Counted from the stretch's first letter, positions 33,269 to 44,350 are shown. The stretch is DNA of 64,000 nucleotides from an uncultured Verrucomicrobiae bacterium (GCA_963815455.1 CAWFGO010000001.1:416001-480000), one strand, 5' to 3'. The notes: generated from the sequence alone by a model not told the origin. Made by a program: numbers and translations.

Positions 33269-35512
33269 TCAATGTGGAGAAGGCGTTGCGGCCTCAGCCA
33301 CTTTTAGGGCCTGATGCGCGGCTTTTGATTCCGGCAGAAAAGGCTTTTCCGGTGGCGCCATGATTTCGTCCTCGGTCGGCTTGAGGCTAATGACCGTCGG
33401 AGCCGAAGGCAGAGTAATCGCCTTGTTCCAGAGTATTTGCGAGCGTTCGACTACACTGTCGGCAATGCCCTTGGGCGACATGTTGTAATCGAAGCCGACC
33501 TCAACGATGTCGCTGATCAGATTTACTGGAATCATCTGGGCGACGAATTTCACGTTCACTTTGTAAGGCCCCTGACCGGTCAGAAACTTGGCATCTACTT
33601 TGTAAGGCGCCCAACGATAGCCGCCCGGCGGCAATACAATGCTCTGTTTACGAGCGCCGTTCGGCCGTGCCAGCAGCGCGTCGGCGTTCGTCGCCGGCCG
33701 CACGTACGGGAGCGGATCGACGCTCTTGTTCGTGGGAAGCACCTGCACGCGCTCGCCGCCGCGGATCAGCGTGACTAAAAACTTCGATTGCAGGCTGAAG
33801 AGATATTTATCCAACGGCAACTTACGATCGTGAACGTAACTTGACTCCTCGTCGCGATAGTCGCCATTCGGATCGCGATCACCGGAAACGAAGATCACTT
33901 TGCCGCGCTGATCGGTAACCGTGACCTGGAGAAAATTGGCGCGTTCCGCATCGAAGCCGGTCGGCGTGCCGTGGCCGTCGGTGCCGTTTACCACCTTAAT
34001 CTTGAATTTGATCCCACGCGCATCGTTCCGTTGAAGGACAAAATCGTGCAATTGAAAGCCGCGCCGCAAAATTTGGTAACGCTGCAAGTTCGCCTCCTCC
34101 AGTTTCGCGAATTGATCGTCGAGAATGGCTCGCGCGTCGTATCGATCGTCGATCGATTGCCAGCGCGCCGGAAATTTGAAACCGGCCGGTGCGCTATTTT
34201 CAAAGGCATCCGTGCCCCAGCCGGCGCGATAATCGAATTGCAGCCATTCCCGCATCGTGGCGAGCGCCTGCGCCTTAACGTTAAAGGGGAACAATCCGGG
34301 ATGAATGACAGAGTAATCGGGGCCGGCAAAACGATGATCGGTCAATTTGCGCGATGGCGTGGGTTTATCGCCGACTGTGGCGGCGGGACCGAAAGCGTAA
34401 TCGGACTTCAGACCTGGGATTTTAGCCATATGACAATCCTGGCAGGTTTCGCCGCGCTTGTTAGCCTGCGAATTCTTGAATTGGGAAAATGCTTCTTCCA
34501 ACCGGAAACCGTTGAGCAAATTCACATCGTGGCAGGTGCCGCAGAAGCCCGATTTTTCCAAGGGATCGAACTTGACCACGTTCGTGTGGATAGCGCGGCC
34601 GACTTCGCCTCGTTTTGTCACGACCTGGAATTGATCGGGCTCGGAAATGACCTCTTTCAGAATCTTGTTTCCCTGCGGCCCATAGACCGGCTCGAAAAGG
34701 TCACCCTCTTGAATGGCGGTGCGCCCGCTGACCTTGCCGTAGTTGTTTTTCACCCGATGGCAGACGATGCAACTGATCCCTTCGCGGGATGTGGGATTGC
34801 GGTCCATGTTGCTGACGAAAATCGGCTCCTTTAATTGCATGCCGACCTGGGTGTGGCAACGGATGCAAAAGTCGCCGTTGCTTCCCGAGGTGCGTTTTTC
34901 GATCGTCGCCTGCATCGTGTTAAACACCGGGCTGATCTGCGCGTAGGCGTGTTGAGAAACCGACCATTGCCGGAACTGCGTGGGATGGCAGGTCGCGCAG
35001 GTCGAGGCTGATGGAAACTTGTTTTCCACGAGCAACTTTGCGTGCGCAGCAGCAGCATCTGCCGGTGGCGCGGCTGCGGTTGATCCTCCTGCCCTGGGAG
35101 GGAGCTTCAGTGGCTCCGGGGGCAGCAGGCTGTCGGGCTCGACGGGGATCTGCTCCTCGGTCCCTCCAGGCGCGAGCAGATCGTCATCCGATGAAGGCTT
35201 GGCTGCCGGGTTTGGTTTCTCAGGAACCAACAAATCGTCGTCAGATGATGAGCTTTGTCCTGGTGTTGGTGTTGCCGGTTCCAGCAAATCATCACTTGAT
35301 GTGGAAGCTGCCGCCGGACTCTCAACGGCTGAGGCCGATGGTGAACTCACCGGCGCAGGACTGGATGATTCTTCTGCCGTTTCACCCGATTTTTCCGACG
35401 TGGCTGCAGGCGTATTGGCCGCATCCTGCCCGAATGTGGTCCGGACAACCGCCGCCAGAAACAAACAGCAGCAGCAGCCGACCAAAACCGCGGTATGCCG
35501 TTGTGCGAGCAT
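33269..35512 (-). CDS. Exported pentaheme cytochrome c with C-terminal beta-rich domain
   Basis: CATCH, CIRCH, CIVCH, CGTCH, CQDCH; signal peptide; acidic disordered N-terminus. Confidence 0.9.
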   Translation of the reverse strand: MLAQRHTAVLVGCCCCLFLAAVVRTTFGQDAANTPAATSEKSGETAEESSSPAPVSSPSASAVESPAAASTSSDDLLEPATPTPGQSSSSDDDLLVPEKPNPAAKPSSDDDLLAPGGTEEQIPVEPDSLLPPEPLKLPPRAGGSTAAAPPADAAAAHAKLLVENKFPSASTCATCHPTQFRQWSVSQHAYAQISPVFNTMQATIEKRTSGSNGDFCIRCHTQVGMQLKEPIFVSNMDRNPTSREGISCIVCHRVKNNYGKVSGRTAIQEGDLFEPVYGPQGNKILKEVISEPDQFQVVTKRGEVGRAIHTNVVKFDPLEKSGFCGTCHDVNLLNGFRLEEAFSQFKNSQANKRGETCQDCHMAKIPGLKSDYAFGPAATVGDKPTPSRKLTDHRFAGPDYSVIHPGLFPFNVKAQALATMREWLQFDYRAGWGTDAFENSAPAGFKFPARWQSIDDRYDARAILDDQFAKLEEANLQRYQILRRGFQLHDFVLQRNDARGIKFKIKVVNGTDGHGTPTGFDAERANFLQVTVTDQRGKVIFVSGDRDPNGDYRDEESSYVHDRKLPLDKYLFSLQSKFLVTLIRGGERVQVLPTNKSVDPLPYVRPATNADALLARPNGARKQSIVLPPGGYRWAPYKVDAKFLTGQGPYKVNVKFVAQMIPVNLISDIVEVGFDYNMSPKGIADSVVERSQILWNKAITLPSAPTVISLKPTEDEIMAPPEKPFLPESKAAHQALKVAEAATPSPH

Positions 35513-35665
35513 GGCCAGCCCATGATCAAGCTATCTTTCGCGACTCTGGTCAACTCGAAAATTCTTGATCGTCCAAGACAAGAAGCTTGCTCTTTAACAT
35601 CGATTGCATTACGCAGTTCTATCGCGGCAAATTGATCCTAAGAAAAAGGAGGAGGAGAATTCGTT

Positions 35666-36667
35666 ATGCATGTTCGAAGACTCAAACTCAGCGCAGCGTC
35701 GGTCGTGTTCGGGCTCGTATTGAGCAGCGGCGGCGCGTATGGCGGCCAAGTCCACGAAATTGATCCGGCAAAAGTGGTGGGCGCCACAAAATGCGGCGAG
35801 TGCCACAAATATGAAGTCGAAGCGTGGAAGCTCACTCCGCATTTCCAGACCTTCGATACCATGCATCGCAGCGCTGACGGCCAGAAAATCTCGACCGCCC
35901 TCGGGATCAAACGGATCAAATCGGAAAGCCTCTGCTTAACCTGCCATTACACTGTCCAGGCCAAGGGCGGCCAGGCAGAGCCGATCTCAGGAGTGTCTTG
36001 TGAATCGTGCCATGGCGCCGCGGCCGACTGGATTAATGTCCACAATGACAAGAAACTTTCGCGGGAGGAGCGCCGGACGAAGTCCGCCGCTGCGGGAATG
36101 ATTCGTCCCGACAATGTTGATGCGGTGGCGGCGAATTGTTATCAATGCCATCTCGTTCCTAACGAGAAATTAGTGAACACTGGTGGACACACCGCCGGCA
36201 CGCCCGGATTTGAACTGGTGGCCTGGTCGCAGGGGATGGTGCGGCACAATTTTCTCACCCCCGAGGGCGAGGAAGGCAAAACGAACAAGGAAGACGACGC
36301 CAACCGCAAACGCATGATGTTTGCCACCGGCGCGATTCTCGATCTTGAATACAGTCTCCGCGGCGTGGGCAGTGCCACCGAAAAAGCGACTTACGGCGTG
36401 ACCATGGCTCAGCGCGTTGCCGGACTAAAAAAGAAGGTCGAGGAGATCCAGAAGGCGGCACCCACTGACGAGATGGCGCAGATCATCACCACGGTCGGCG
36501 GTGTTGCCCTTAAGCTGAACAATAAGCAGCCGCTGGATGAAGCGGCGGACAAAGTGGCTGAGCTGGCCAAGAAGTTTTCGGAAAACGTGACCGGTGATAA
36601 ACTGGCGGGACTCGACCCCTTGTTACCGAAGCCAGGGCAGTATCGCGGGAAGCCGTATCAACCCTAA
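35666..36667 (+). CDS. Periplasmic tetraheme cytochrome c (c554-like N-terminal domain)
   Basis: VGATKCGECH, CLTCH, GVSCESCHG, CYQCH; signal peptide. Confidence 0.9.
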   Translation: MHVRRLKLSAASVVFGLVLSSGGAYGGQVHEIDPAKVVGATKCGECHKYEVEAWKLTPHFQTFDTMHRSADGQKISTALGIKRIKSESLCLTCHYTVQAKGGQAEPISGVSCESCHGAAADWINVHNDKKLSREERRTKSAAAGMIRPDNVDAVAANCYQCHLVPNEKLVNTGGHTAGTPGFELVAWSQGMVRHNFLTPEGEEGKTNKEDDANRKRMMFATGAILDLEYSLRGVGSATEKATYGVTMAQRVAGLKKKVEEIQKAAPTDEMAQIITTVGGVALKLNNKQPLDEAADKVAELAKKFSENVTGDKLAGLDPLLPKPGQYRGKPYQP

Positions 36668-36722
36668 ACAATTGACGGTCGCTGCTTGCCAGTTCGGGCG
36701 GCAATTGTTTCAATTGTAGATC

Positions 36723-38460
36723 GTGGCTGAATCCTTGACGCGAATCTCCCGTCCGCACCGGTGGGATGTTCCTTTCGGGGGAGCGATGTCGGATGCAGAT
36801 GTCGATCGTCTTCTCACGATTCCGCCATTTTCCACTACCGATGCCAGCCGTTTTCCGCCGGCCATTCCTCTGCACGGGGTTCTTCGCAACGACACCCGCA
36901 TTCGCAAATTCGAGCACGGTGACATTATTGTTCGTGAAGGCGATTATGGGAGCTCCGCGTTTTTTATTCTGAGCGGAGCGGTTCGAGTGGTGTTGGATTC
37001 GTTACCGGCCGAGTTGCTTGGCCGGCGCAAGCCCGAGAAAAAGAGTTTCTTTGGCTCACTGGCGCAGCTCTGGAACCGGCCCGTTTATCCCGAGGTGCGT
37101 GACTATTCGAGTAACCGAGCCGCCAGGGGCTCGGCCTCCGCCGCTGTGAAAGCCCGCCAGGCGGACGGCGAAGACATTCACATTTTTCTTCAAGATGTAC
37201 CCGGCGTATTGAAAAAGAATCGCACCGCACGAATAGGATCGGGTGAATTGTTTGGAGAGATAGCAGCTCTCAGCCGGACGCCGCGAACGGCGACTGTAAT
37301 CGCCGACGAACCGGCGGAATTACTGGAAATACGATGGCAGGGGCTACGCGAAATACGCCGTTATGCGCCGGAATGGAAAGAACATATCGATCGGCTGTAT
37401 CGGGAGCGAAGCCTCCTGGTCCATTTGCGCGAGACTCCGTTCCTGGCTGGCCTCTCGCCTGAAGCGCTTCAGGCCATCGCTGATCACACCATTTTCGAAG
37501 GTTTCGGCGACTTCGAATGGAACGTATCATACCGGACGGCTCGCGGTGGATCGGCTCAACAACGTCTTCAAAAGGAACCGATCGTGGCCCGGGAAGGTGA
37601 TTACCCCAATGGGTTAATTCTGATTCGCAGCGGCTTCGCGCGCCTCAGTCGAAAATACAATCATGGCGAACGCACGATCAGTTATCTGGGCAAGGGTGAT
37701 GTCTACGGTCTCTCGTCGCTGCTTTGCAATTCAAAGTATCCTGAACCAACCGGCCTGGAGTTCTCGCTGCGTGCCATCGGTCACGTTGACGTTCTCGTCA
37801 TCCCGACGCCCATCGTGGAAAAGTTCATCGCGCCGCGTTTTAGCGATGCCGAGGTCTCTGCTATCCGCGAGCGAACAAAGCGCCAGAGTGAGATCGACGT
37901 GGAACGCGACGCCATGGCCACCTTTGGACCGGAGATGATTGAGTTTTTAGTGGAAGAACGTTTCGTCAACGGGACGGCCACAATGTTGATCGATCTCGAT
38001 CGCTGCACGAGATGCGACGATTGCGTGCGGGCTTGCGCCGCGGCTCATGATAATAATCCGAAGTTTATCCGTCATGGCCACGCTAATAGCGGGATCATGG
38101 TAGCCAATGCCTGCATGCATTGTGTCGATCCAGTTTGCATGATCGGCTGTCCTACCGGGGCCATCCATCGTGAGTCGATCCAGGGCCAGGTTGTGATCAA
38201 TGACCTCACCTGCATCGGCTGCGCGACCTGCGCCAACAGTTGCCCGTACCGATAACATTCAAATGGTCGAGATCCGCGATCGAAACGGCAGGTTCTTTCT
38301 CGATGAAGCAACTCAGGCACCGATTTTAAAGGCGAGTAAGTGCGACCTGTGTGTGGATCAACTCGGGGGGCCGGCCTGTGTTCGGGCCTGCCCTCATGAC
38401 GCTCTGATCCGTGCCGACATGGGCGAGATCGACAAACTATCGAGGTGGATGAACCGGTGA
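36723..38460 (+). CDS. Tandem cNMP-binding domains fused to a DmsB/NrfC-type 4Fe-4S domain (frameshift ~38250)
   Basis: REGDY x2, FGEIAALSRTPRTATV; CTRCDDCVRAC, CMHCVDPVCMIGCP, CIGCATCANSCP, KCDLC..PACVRACP. Confidence 0.9.
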
Positions 38461-39277
38461 GCCCGCTTGTTGCCCGCCGCACCGGCTTCATTGCCGGTCT
38501 CGCCGTTATCTCGGCTCTGACTCTTGCCGGATGGCAACTCCTGCGGACCGCGTTGCGACCGGATGCGACTTATACTGGCGTATCCTTCTGTTGCTGGTCC
38601 TAGCGCTCACTCTTTTCAACGCCCGGAAAAAACTGCCATTCTTGCCTCTGGTGAAGGCCGCGACCTGGCTTCAGATACATATCTACGCGGGTTGGTTCTG
38701 CCTCTTTGTTTTTCTGCTTCACATTCGTTTTCGCATCCCGACCGGAGTAATGGAAGTGACGCTGGCTGTGGTTTTTTGCGTTGTTGTTCTGAGCGGTATT
38801 TTCGGTCTCTACATTAGCCGCAATCTGCCGCCACGCATGACTGCTTCGGGCGAAGCGTTGCCTCACGAACGCATCCCTGCTTATCGCTTGCATATCCAGC
38901 ACAACGTCGAAGCCCTCATTCGCAAAGCCGAGTCCGAAACCGAATCATCGACCCTGGGCGATTTCTACGTGCAACGATTGCGCGATTTCTTCGCGCGAGT
39001 TCCGGCGGCGTTCTACGCTTTATCCGGCGCCGGCCGCGGTTTGCACACGCTATTGGCGGAGATGGAGGCCCTGGATCGATATCTAAACGAACAGGAAAAG
39101 ACCATCGCCCGTGATATTCGCGATTGGATCGAAACCAAACAGAACCTCGATTTCCAGTATGCGGCTCAGCGTTTACTGAGACTCTGGCTCTTTGTCCACA
39201 TCCCACTCACCTACAGCTTGATTTTACTCGGCGTGGCGCACGGAATTGTTGCTACGCTCTATGCGGGAAGGTTTTGA
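38457..39277 (+). CDS. Integral membrane protein with His residues in TM helices (possible heme b); 5' frameshift
   Basis: WLQIHIYAG, FLLHI, WLFVHIPL, VAHGI; GTGA coupling to the upstream gene. Confidence 0.78.
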
Positions 39278-39278
39278 A

Positions 39279-41570
39279 ATGCAGCGCCCGCTAGATCCGC
39301 TCGGTTTCAAACAAAATCGGTACGAGCGTCCGAACCAGGGTTGGATCTGTGGACGAGCGAGTGAAGGATCTCCTTGCCCGCTCGGACCGGACAAACACGG
39401 CAATTGTCGCGCTACGGGCCAATGTATACCCGCACGAAAGGGCGATCGATGGTTCTGCACCCGCTCCGAAGCCGATGGCGGGAAGTGCAGCGAAGGTCCG
39501 TTGCCACGCGGCGAGTGCTCGCATCCCATTCCTCCCTGCCAGCCGGTTCGCTCTCTGCGACGACTTCGGGCAGCCGGTGTTTGGATGGTCGTGGCCCTTA
39601 CGATCGGCGCGTTGTTGCTTCTCTTTAGCACTGCGTTTCGACGGGAATGGATGAATCCCGGTGAGCTTACTAATGCTCACGCCACCTCGGCGGCGAAATG
39701 CAGCGACTGTCACAGCGTCGATCTCAAAAATCATGCTTCGATCGCGGGGTTCGAAAAACGCGCGCTGGCCGATAGTGCGCTCTGTCTGAACTGCCACTCG
39801 CTGGGCGATCACCCGCTCAATCCCCATGGAGTCGTGCCTGCGTCGCTGGCTGCGCTCGATCAAAAGCTTCAACGGAATCCTGGCTCGGCCAAAGGTCCCG
39901 TTCTGCTCCAAGTCAGCCGAAGCGTCAGTGGACTCGATGCGCACTCAGGGGAAATGGCCTGCTCAACCTGCCATCAAGAACATCACGGCCGCACCTTTGA
40001 TTTAAAACGTCTTTCAAATGCGCAGTGTCAGACCTGCCATTCGGTCCAATTCGCAAGTTTCGAAAACGGACATCCGCAATTTTCCGATTATCCATATCGC
40101 CGGCGCACCCAAATCTTTTTCGATCACAATTCCCATCTGCAAAAGCACTTTGCAGAAATGAAAGAGAAAGCTCCCGGCTCGTGTCAGGTCTGTCATGCTC
40201 CAGATCCGTCCGGTCGATTTATGCAGGTGAAGAATTTCGAGGTCACCTGCGCTGGCTGCCATGGCTCGCAGATTCGTGGGGAAGGAATGACTACTAAAGG
40301 CATCGCATTTTTTACTGTCCCCGGTCTGGATATCGAAACCCTGGTGGCAAAAGGAATCAGCATTGGTCAGTGGCCAAAATTCGCCGACGGTAAAATCACG
40401 CCGTTCATGGAATTGCTGCTCAACCGCGAGCCAATAACTCGGAAGGCCTGGCAAGAACTGCAGGGAATCGATCTCCTGGACCTGAGCAAAGCCGGCTCCG
40501 GTCAAATCGCCGCCGCGGAACAGCTGGCGTGGGGTGTCAAAAGTCTCCTCTTCAATCTGATCGTCGAAGGCCAAGGCTACTTGCTGGAACAGATCAAATC
40601 GCAAATGGCACGGACCGACCAACCGGCGTTGGCCGGACTGGCCGGAGAAATTTCTCCGGCCGTCTTGCTCGCGGCGCAGAAGGATTGGATGCCTGATCTG
40701 CTTACCGAAGTCCCAAATTTTCGCAAAGGCATTAAACCGCCGCTCCCCAAACGCCCGGAACCAACTCCGAGGCCATCGCCGGTTTCGTCTCCGGCAAAAT
40801 CAGGCGGAGGAGATGAATCTCTCCTTGGGGGAGAAAGCCTCGCTTCCGGAGGCGATTTGTTAGCCGCGTCTCCCGCACCGTCCAAATCTGGATCCAAGGA
40901 TGAAGACCTTGCCGGGGGCGATCTTCTAGAGCCGGCGGCAGCAGCGAAGGCGACGCCGTCGCCTGCCGGTACGCCGCCGCCGATTGAACCGAAACAAGCG
41001 GAAGAATGGGCCGCGGCCGGCGGCTGGTATCGACCGCGCGATAGCTTCACCATTTTCTATCGTCCTTCCGGACACGCCGACGCTTTTGTGGTGGCGTGGC
41101 TGACGGCAGCGGCTCAACTCGACCGAACCACGCCGGAGGTGTTTCAAAAGCTCGCCGATCCGCAGACGCCTGGAGTCTGTATGAAGTGTCATACCGCAGA
41201 TCGGTCCGAGGAAGCCATTATGGTCAATTGGCTGCCGGCTCATCCCGAGCCTAATGCGCACTCCTTCACCATTTTCAAACACACGTCGCACTTTAGTTTG
41301 TTAGGCGATAAGGGATGCCAAACCTGCCACGGTCTCAATCCCAATTCCGGTTATCAGAAATATTTTACCGGCGGTTCCGGAGCCCCCCGCAATCCGCGCC
41401 AGTTTGAAAGTAATTTTAAGCCCATGTCCAAGGCGGTCTGTGCTGAATGCCACAGACCGCGAGTCGCCGGAGACAGATGCCTGCTCTGTCATCAATATCA
41501 TACCGGAACTTTCGCCGAAAAATTGGTCGGTGGCGCGAAAATCGAGAGCGTATCTATCAAGAGCAAGTGA
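39279..41570 (+). CDS. Membrane-anchored decaheme cytochrome c with Cys-rich N-terminal domain
   Basis: CSDCH, CLNCH, CSTCH, CQTCH, CQVCH, CAGCH, CMKCH, CQTCH, CAECH, CLLCH; FDHNSH and FKHTSH c3/c7-type motifs. Confidence 0.9.
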   Translation: MQRPLDPLGFKQNRYERPNQGWICGRASEGSPCPLGPDKHGNCRATGQCIPARKGDRWFCTRSEADGGKCSEGPLPRGECSHPIPPCQPVRSLRRLRAAGVWMVVALTIGALLLLFSTAFRREWMNPGELTNAHATSAAKCSDCHSVDLKNHASIAGFEKRALADSALCLNCHSLGDHPLNPHGVVPASLAALDQKLQRNPGSAKGPVLLQVSRSVSGLDAHSGEMACSTCHQEHHGRTFDLKRLSNAQCQTCHSVQFASFENGHPQFSDYPYRRRTQIFFDHNSHLQKHFAEMKEKAPGSCQVCHAPDPSGRFMQVKNFEVTCAGCHGSQIRGEGMTTKGIAFFTVPGLDIETLVAKGISIGQWPKFADGKITPFMELLLNREPITRKAWQELQGIDLLDLSKAGSGQIAAAEQLAWGVKSLLFNLIVEGQGYLLEQIKSQMARTDQPALAGLAGEISPAVLLAAQKDWMPDLLTEVPNFRKGIKPPLPKRPEPTPRPSPVSSPAKSGGGDESLLGGESLASGGDLLAASPAPSKSGSKDEDLAGGDLLEPAAAAKATPSPAGTPPPIEPKQAEEWAAAGGWYRPRDSFTIFYRPSGHADAFVVAWLTAAAQLDRTTPEVFQKLADPQTPGVCMKCHTADRSEEAIMVNWLPAHPEPNAHSFTIFKHTSHFSLLGDKGCQTCHGLNPNSGYQKYFTGGSGAPRNPRQFESNFKPMSKAVCAECHRPRVAGDRCLLCHQYHTGTFAEKLVGGAKIESVSIKSK

Positions 41571-41610
41571 TTACATCCCTCGGTTACGCTGGGGGGATGA
41601 CGGGAATTTG

Positions 41611-43146
41611 CTAGACCCAAAGGGTGCGATCGAACGTGCGGTACTGGACCGCTTCGCTCACGTGCTCGGGTGCGATGTCGATCTTTGCGTCGAGATCGGC
41701 GATGGTGCGCGAGACTTTCAAGATCCGGTCGTAAGCGCGGGCGCTGAGATTTAGCTCCGTCATTGCCACCCGGATCAATTCCTGTGCGTCGGCGCTCAGT
41801 TTGCAATTTTGTTTAAGTTGCCGCGCGGCCATGCGCGCGTTGCAGCTGGTCTTTCGATCTTTCTGGAACCGGTCCCGCTGGATTTGCCGTGCCCGATTCA
41901 CCCGCTCGCGAATCACGGCTGAACTCTCCTCGGCCCGTTCGCTGGCCACGTCTCGATATTCCACCGCCGGCACTTCAATGTGAAGATCGATGCGATCGAG
42001 CAGCGGCCCGGAAATGCGTTGCCGATAACGCTGCACCTGCACCGGACCGCAACGGCATTCCCGTTTTAGATTGCCGAAATATCCGCACGGGCATGGATTC
42101 ATCGCCGCGACCAATATGAATTCGCAGGGAAACGTGAGGCTGCCGGCGGCTCGCGAAATGGTGACCTTTCCGTCCTCGATCGGCTGCCGCATTACTTCCA
42201 GGGCCGATCGTTTGAATTCCGGAAGCTCGTCTAGAAAAAGAACTCCGTTATGAGCAAGGCTCACCTCGCCCGGCGCAGGCGTGGCGGACCCGCCGAGCAA
42301 TCCGACATCGGAAATGGTGTGATGAGGCGAACGAAACGGACGCGTCGCCAGGAATGATCTGTCGCCGTGAAGCAATCCGGCCACGCTGTGAATCTTGGTC
42401 GCCTCGATCGCTTCCTCGATCGACATCGGCGGGATGATCGTGGGAATACGTTTTGCCAGCATCGATTTGCCGGAGCCGGGTGGGCCGATCATCAACATGT
42501 TATGACCGCCGGCCACAGCCACTTCGATCGCCCGCTTTACGTGGCCCTGACCTTTCACATCGCTAAAATCGACATCGTAATCTTGATGCGTGGCAAAAAA
42601 TTCGGTCAGATCGCCGCGCGTCGGCAACAACGGAATCTCGCCGCGCACAAATTGAAATGTTTGCCGAAGATTCTGCACGCCGTAGATGTCGATCTTATCG
42701 ACCATGGCGGCTTCGCGCGCGTTTGCTTCCGGAACGAACAAGGCGCGCTTGCCCCGGCGCCGGGCTTCAAGGGCAACGGGAAGAACACCTTTGACAGCGC
42801 GCACACTTCCATCCAATGCCAGTTCGCCTACGAAACTGAAATTCTCGAAAGCGGTTGTGTCGATCTCTTCGCTCACCGCGATCATTCCCAGCGCAATCGG
42901 CAGGTCGAAACTCGGGCCCTCTTTTTTCACGTCGGCGGGGGCGAGGTTTACGGTGGTGCGTCCGCGCGGCCAATGATAACCGCTATTTTGGATGGCCGTG
43001 GTCACGCGGTCCTTGCTTTCCTTCACCGCGGTGTCGGGCAGGCCGACCACCACGATTGCCGGCAGGCCGCCCGCCCCATTGACTTCGATCTCTACCTCGT
43101 AGGCGTCCACCCCGTAAACGGCAGCCGAATAAAATTTTGCCAACAT
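41611..43146 (-). CDS. comM: YifB/ComM AAA+ ATPase
   Basis: [52 protein letters not shown]. Confidence 0.95.
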   Translation of the reverse strand: MLAKFYSAAVYGVDAYEVEIEVNGAGGLPAIVVVGLPDTAVKESKDRVTTAIQNSGYHWPRGRTTVNLAPADVKKEGPSFDLPIALGMIAVSEEIDTTAFENFSFVGELALDGSVRAVKGVLPVALEARRRGKRALFVPEANAREAAMVDKIDIYGVQNLRQTFQFVRGEIPLLPTRGDLTEFFATHQDYDVDFSDVKGQGHVKRAIEVAVAGGHNMLMIGPPGSGKSMLAKRIPTIIPPMSIEEAIEATKIHSVAGLLHGDRSFLATRPFRSPHHTISDVGLLGGSATPAPGEVSLAHNGVLFLDELPEFKRSALEVMRQPIEDGKVTISRAAGSLTFPCEFILVAAMNPCPCGYFGNLKRECRCGPVQVQRYRQRISGPLLDRIDLHIEVPAVEYRDVASERAEESSAVIRERVNRARQIQRDRFQKDRKTSCNARMAARQLKQNCKLSADAQELIRVAMTELNLSARAYDRILKVSRTIADLDAKIDIAPEHVSEAVQYRTFDRTLWV

Positions 43147-43469
43147 CGCGCGAATGAGGTTGTCAAAGAATGGGAGGGAGGAAAAGGGGCAATTAGGGAC
43201 TGACGGACCCAGAGACAGCCTGGCGCGGCCAGAGAATGAAAAATCGACCAAACGCGCGGCAAACAAACCAAATGGATAGCGTCTTACTTGCCGAAGATAG
43301 ATGGGGCCGGAAAAAGATTGAACAAGGCGGGACGGGCCCCTGTCAGAATTGCGAATATTTAACCTTGTTAAATACTTGGTAGATGTTTTTATAGGAGAGA
43401 TTTACGAGATCTCGGCGGGGCAACTCGCCGCGACCTTGTCAGTCCAACCCCCGACTCCCCCCACAATTC

Positions 43470-44339
43470 ATGAAACGAAGTTATATGGCCGCCGAAGATA
43501 GCGATACCGGAATAAAGATTTACCTGCGCGAGATCGGGCAAATCCCGCTCTTGACTCCTGACCAGGAGATCGAGCTCGCCGCTAAAATTAAACGAGGCGA
43601 CCGCGAGGCGCGTGCGCTCATGATCAGGTCGAACCTGCGACTGGTCGTGAAGATTGCGCACGACTACGCCAATCTCGGTCTGCCGCTGCTGGACCTGATC
43701 TCCGAAGGAAACATCGGCTTGATGAAAGCCGTCGAGCGTTTCGATCCGGCCAAGGGCGGTAAGCTCAGCACCTACGCCGCCTGGTGGATCAAACAGTCGA
43801 TCAAGCGCGCTTTGGCCAACCAGAGCAAGACCATCCGTCTGCCTGTTCATCTGGTCGATAAAATTTCCAAGATGCGCCGGGTCTCTTTGCAAATGAGCGA
43901 GGAACTTGGCCGCGAACCGACAGATGACGAGCTCGGCGACGAGATCGGCATCGCTGCCGGAAAAGTCTCCCAGCTCAAAACGGTGTCGATCCGCCCGGCC
44001 TCGCTCGACGCTCCCATCAGCGACGATGATTCGACCGAGTTCGGTGAGATCGTCGGCGACGAGGACGCCCAGACGCCGTTCGAACTTTTGCGCGACAAAA
44101 ACCTGCGCAACGAGGTTGGCGGATTGCTCGACGTTCTGGACGATCGAGAGAAGAAGATCATTTTCCAGCGCTTCGGCCTCGATGGCGGCAAACCAAAGAC
44201 GCTTGAGGAAGTCGGCAAGAAATTCGGCGTGACCCGCGAACGCATTCGTCAGCTGCAAAACATTGCCCTGTCGAAGCTCCGCCGCGCGCTCAGCAAGAAA
44301 GAGCGCCCGGTTGACGTCGAGTTGCCGGTCGAAGCGTAA
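43470..44339 (+). CDS. Sigma-70 factor, RpoD/RpoS-like lacking region 1.1
   Basis: YLREIG, SNLRLVVKIA, DLISEGNIGLMKAVERFDP, STYAAWWIKQ, TRERIRQ. Confidence 0.95.
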   Translation: MKRSYMAAEDSDTGIKIYLREIGQIPLLTPDQEIELAAKIKRGDREARALMIRSNLRLVVKIAHDYANLGLPLLDLISEGNIGLMKAVERFDPAKGGKLSTYAAWWIKQSIKRALANQSKTIRLPVHLVDKISKMRRVSLQMSEELGREPTDDELGDEIGIAAGKVSQLKTVSIRPASLDAPISDDDSTEFGEIVGDEDAQTPFELLRDKNLRNEVGGLLDVLDDREKKIIFQRFGLDGGKPKTLEEVGKKFGVTRERIRQLQNIALSKLRRALSKKERPVDVELPVEA

Positions 44340-44350
44340 GCAGACTTCAA

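Noticed and set aside
33269..36667. HAO/NrfA/MtrA assignment and a nitrogen-cycle function
   Set aside because: Heme counts and spacing do not fit (5 and 4 CxxCH, no CxxCK); the c554-like domain alone does not imply ammonia oxidation
4438..38600. Programmed frameshifting or mass pseudogenisation
   Set aside because: Indels hit unrelated and normally essential genes (ftsK, rimO, transporter) without consistent slippery motifs; sequencing error is more parsimonious
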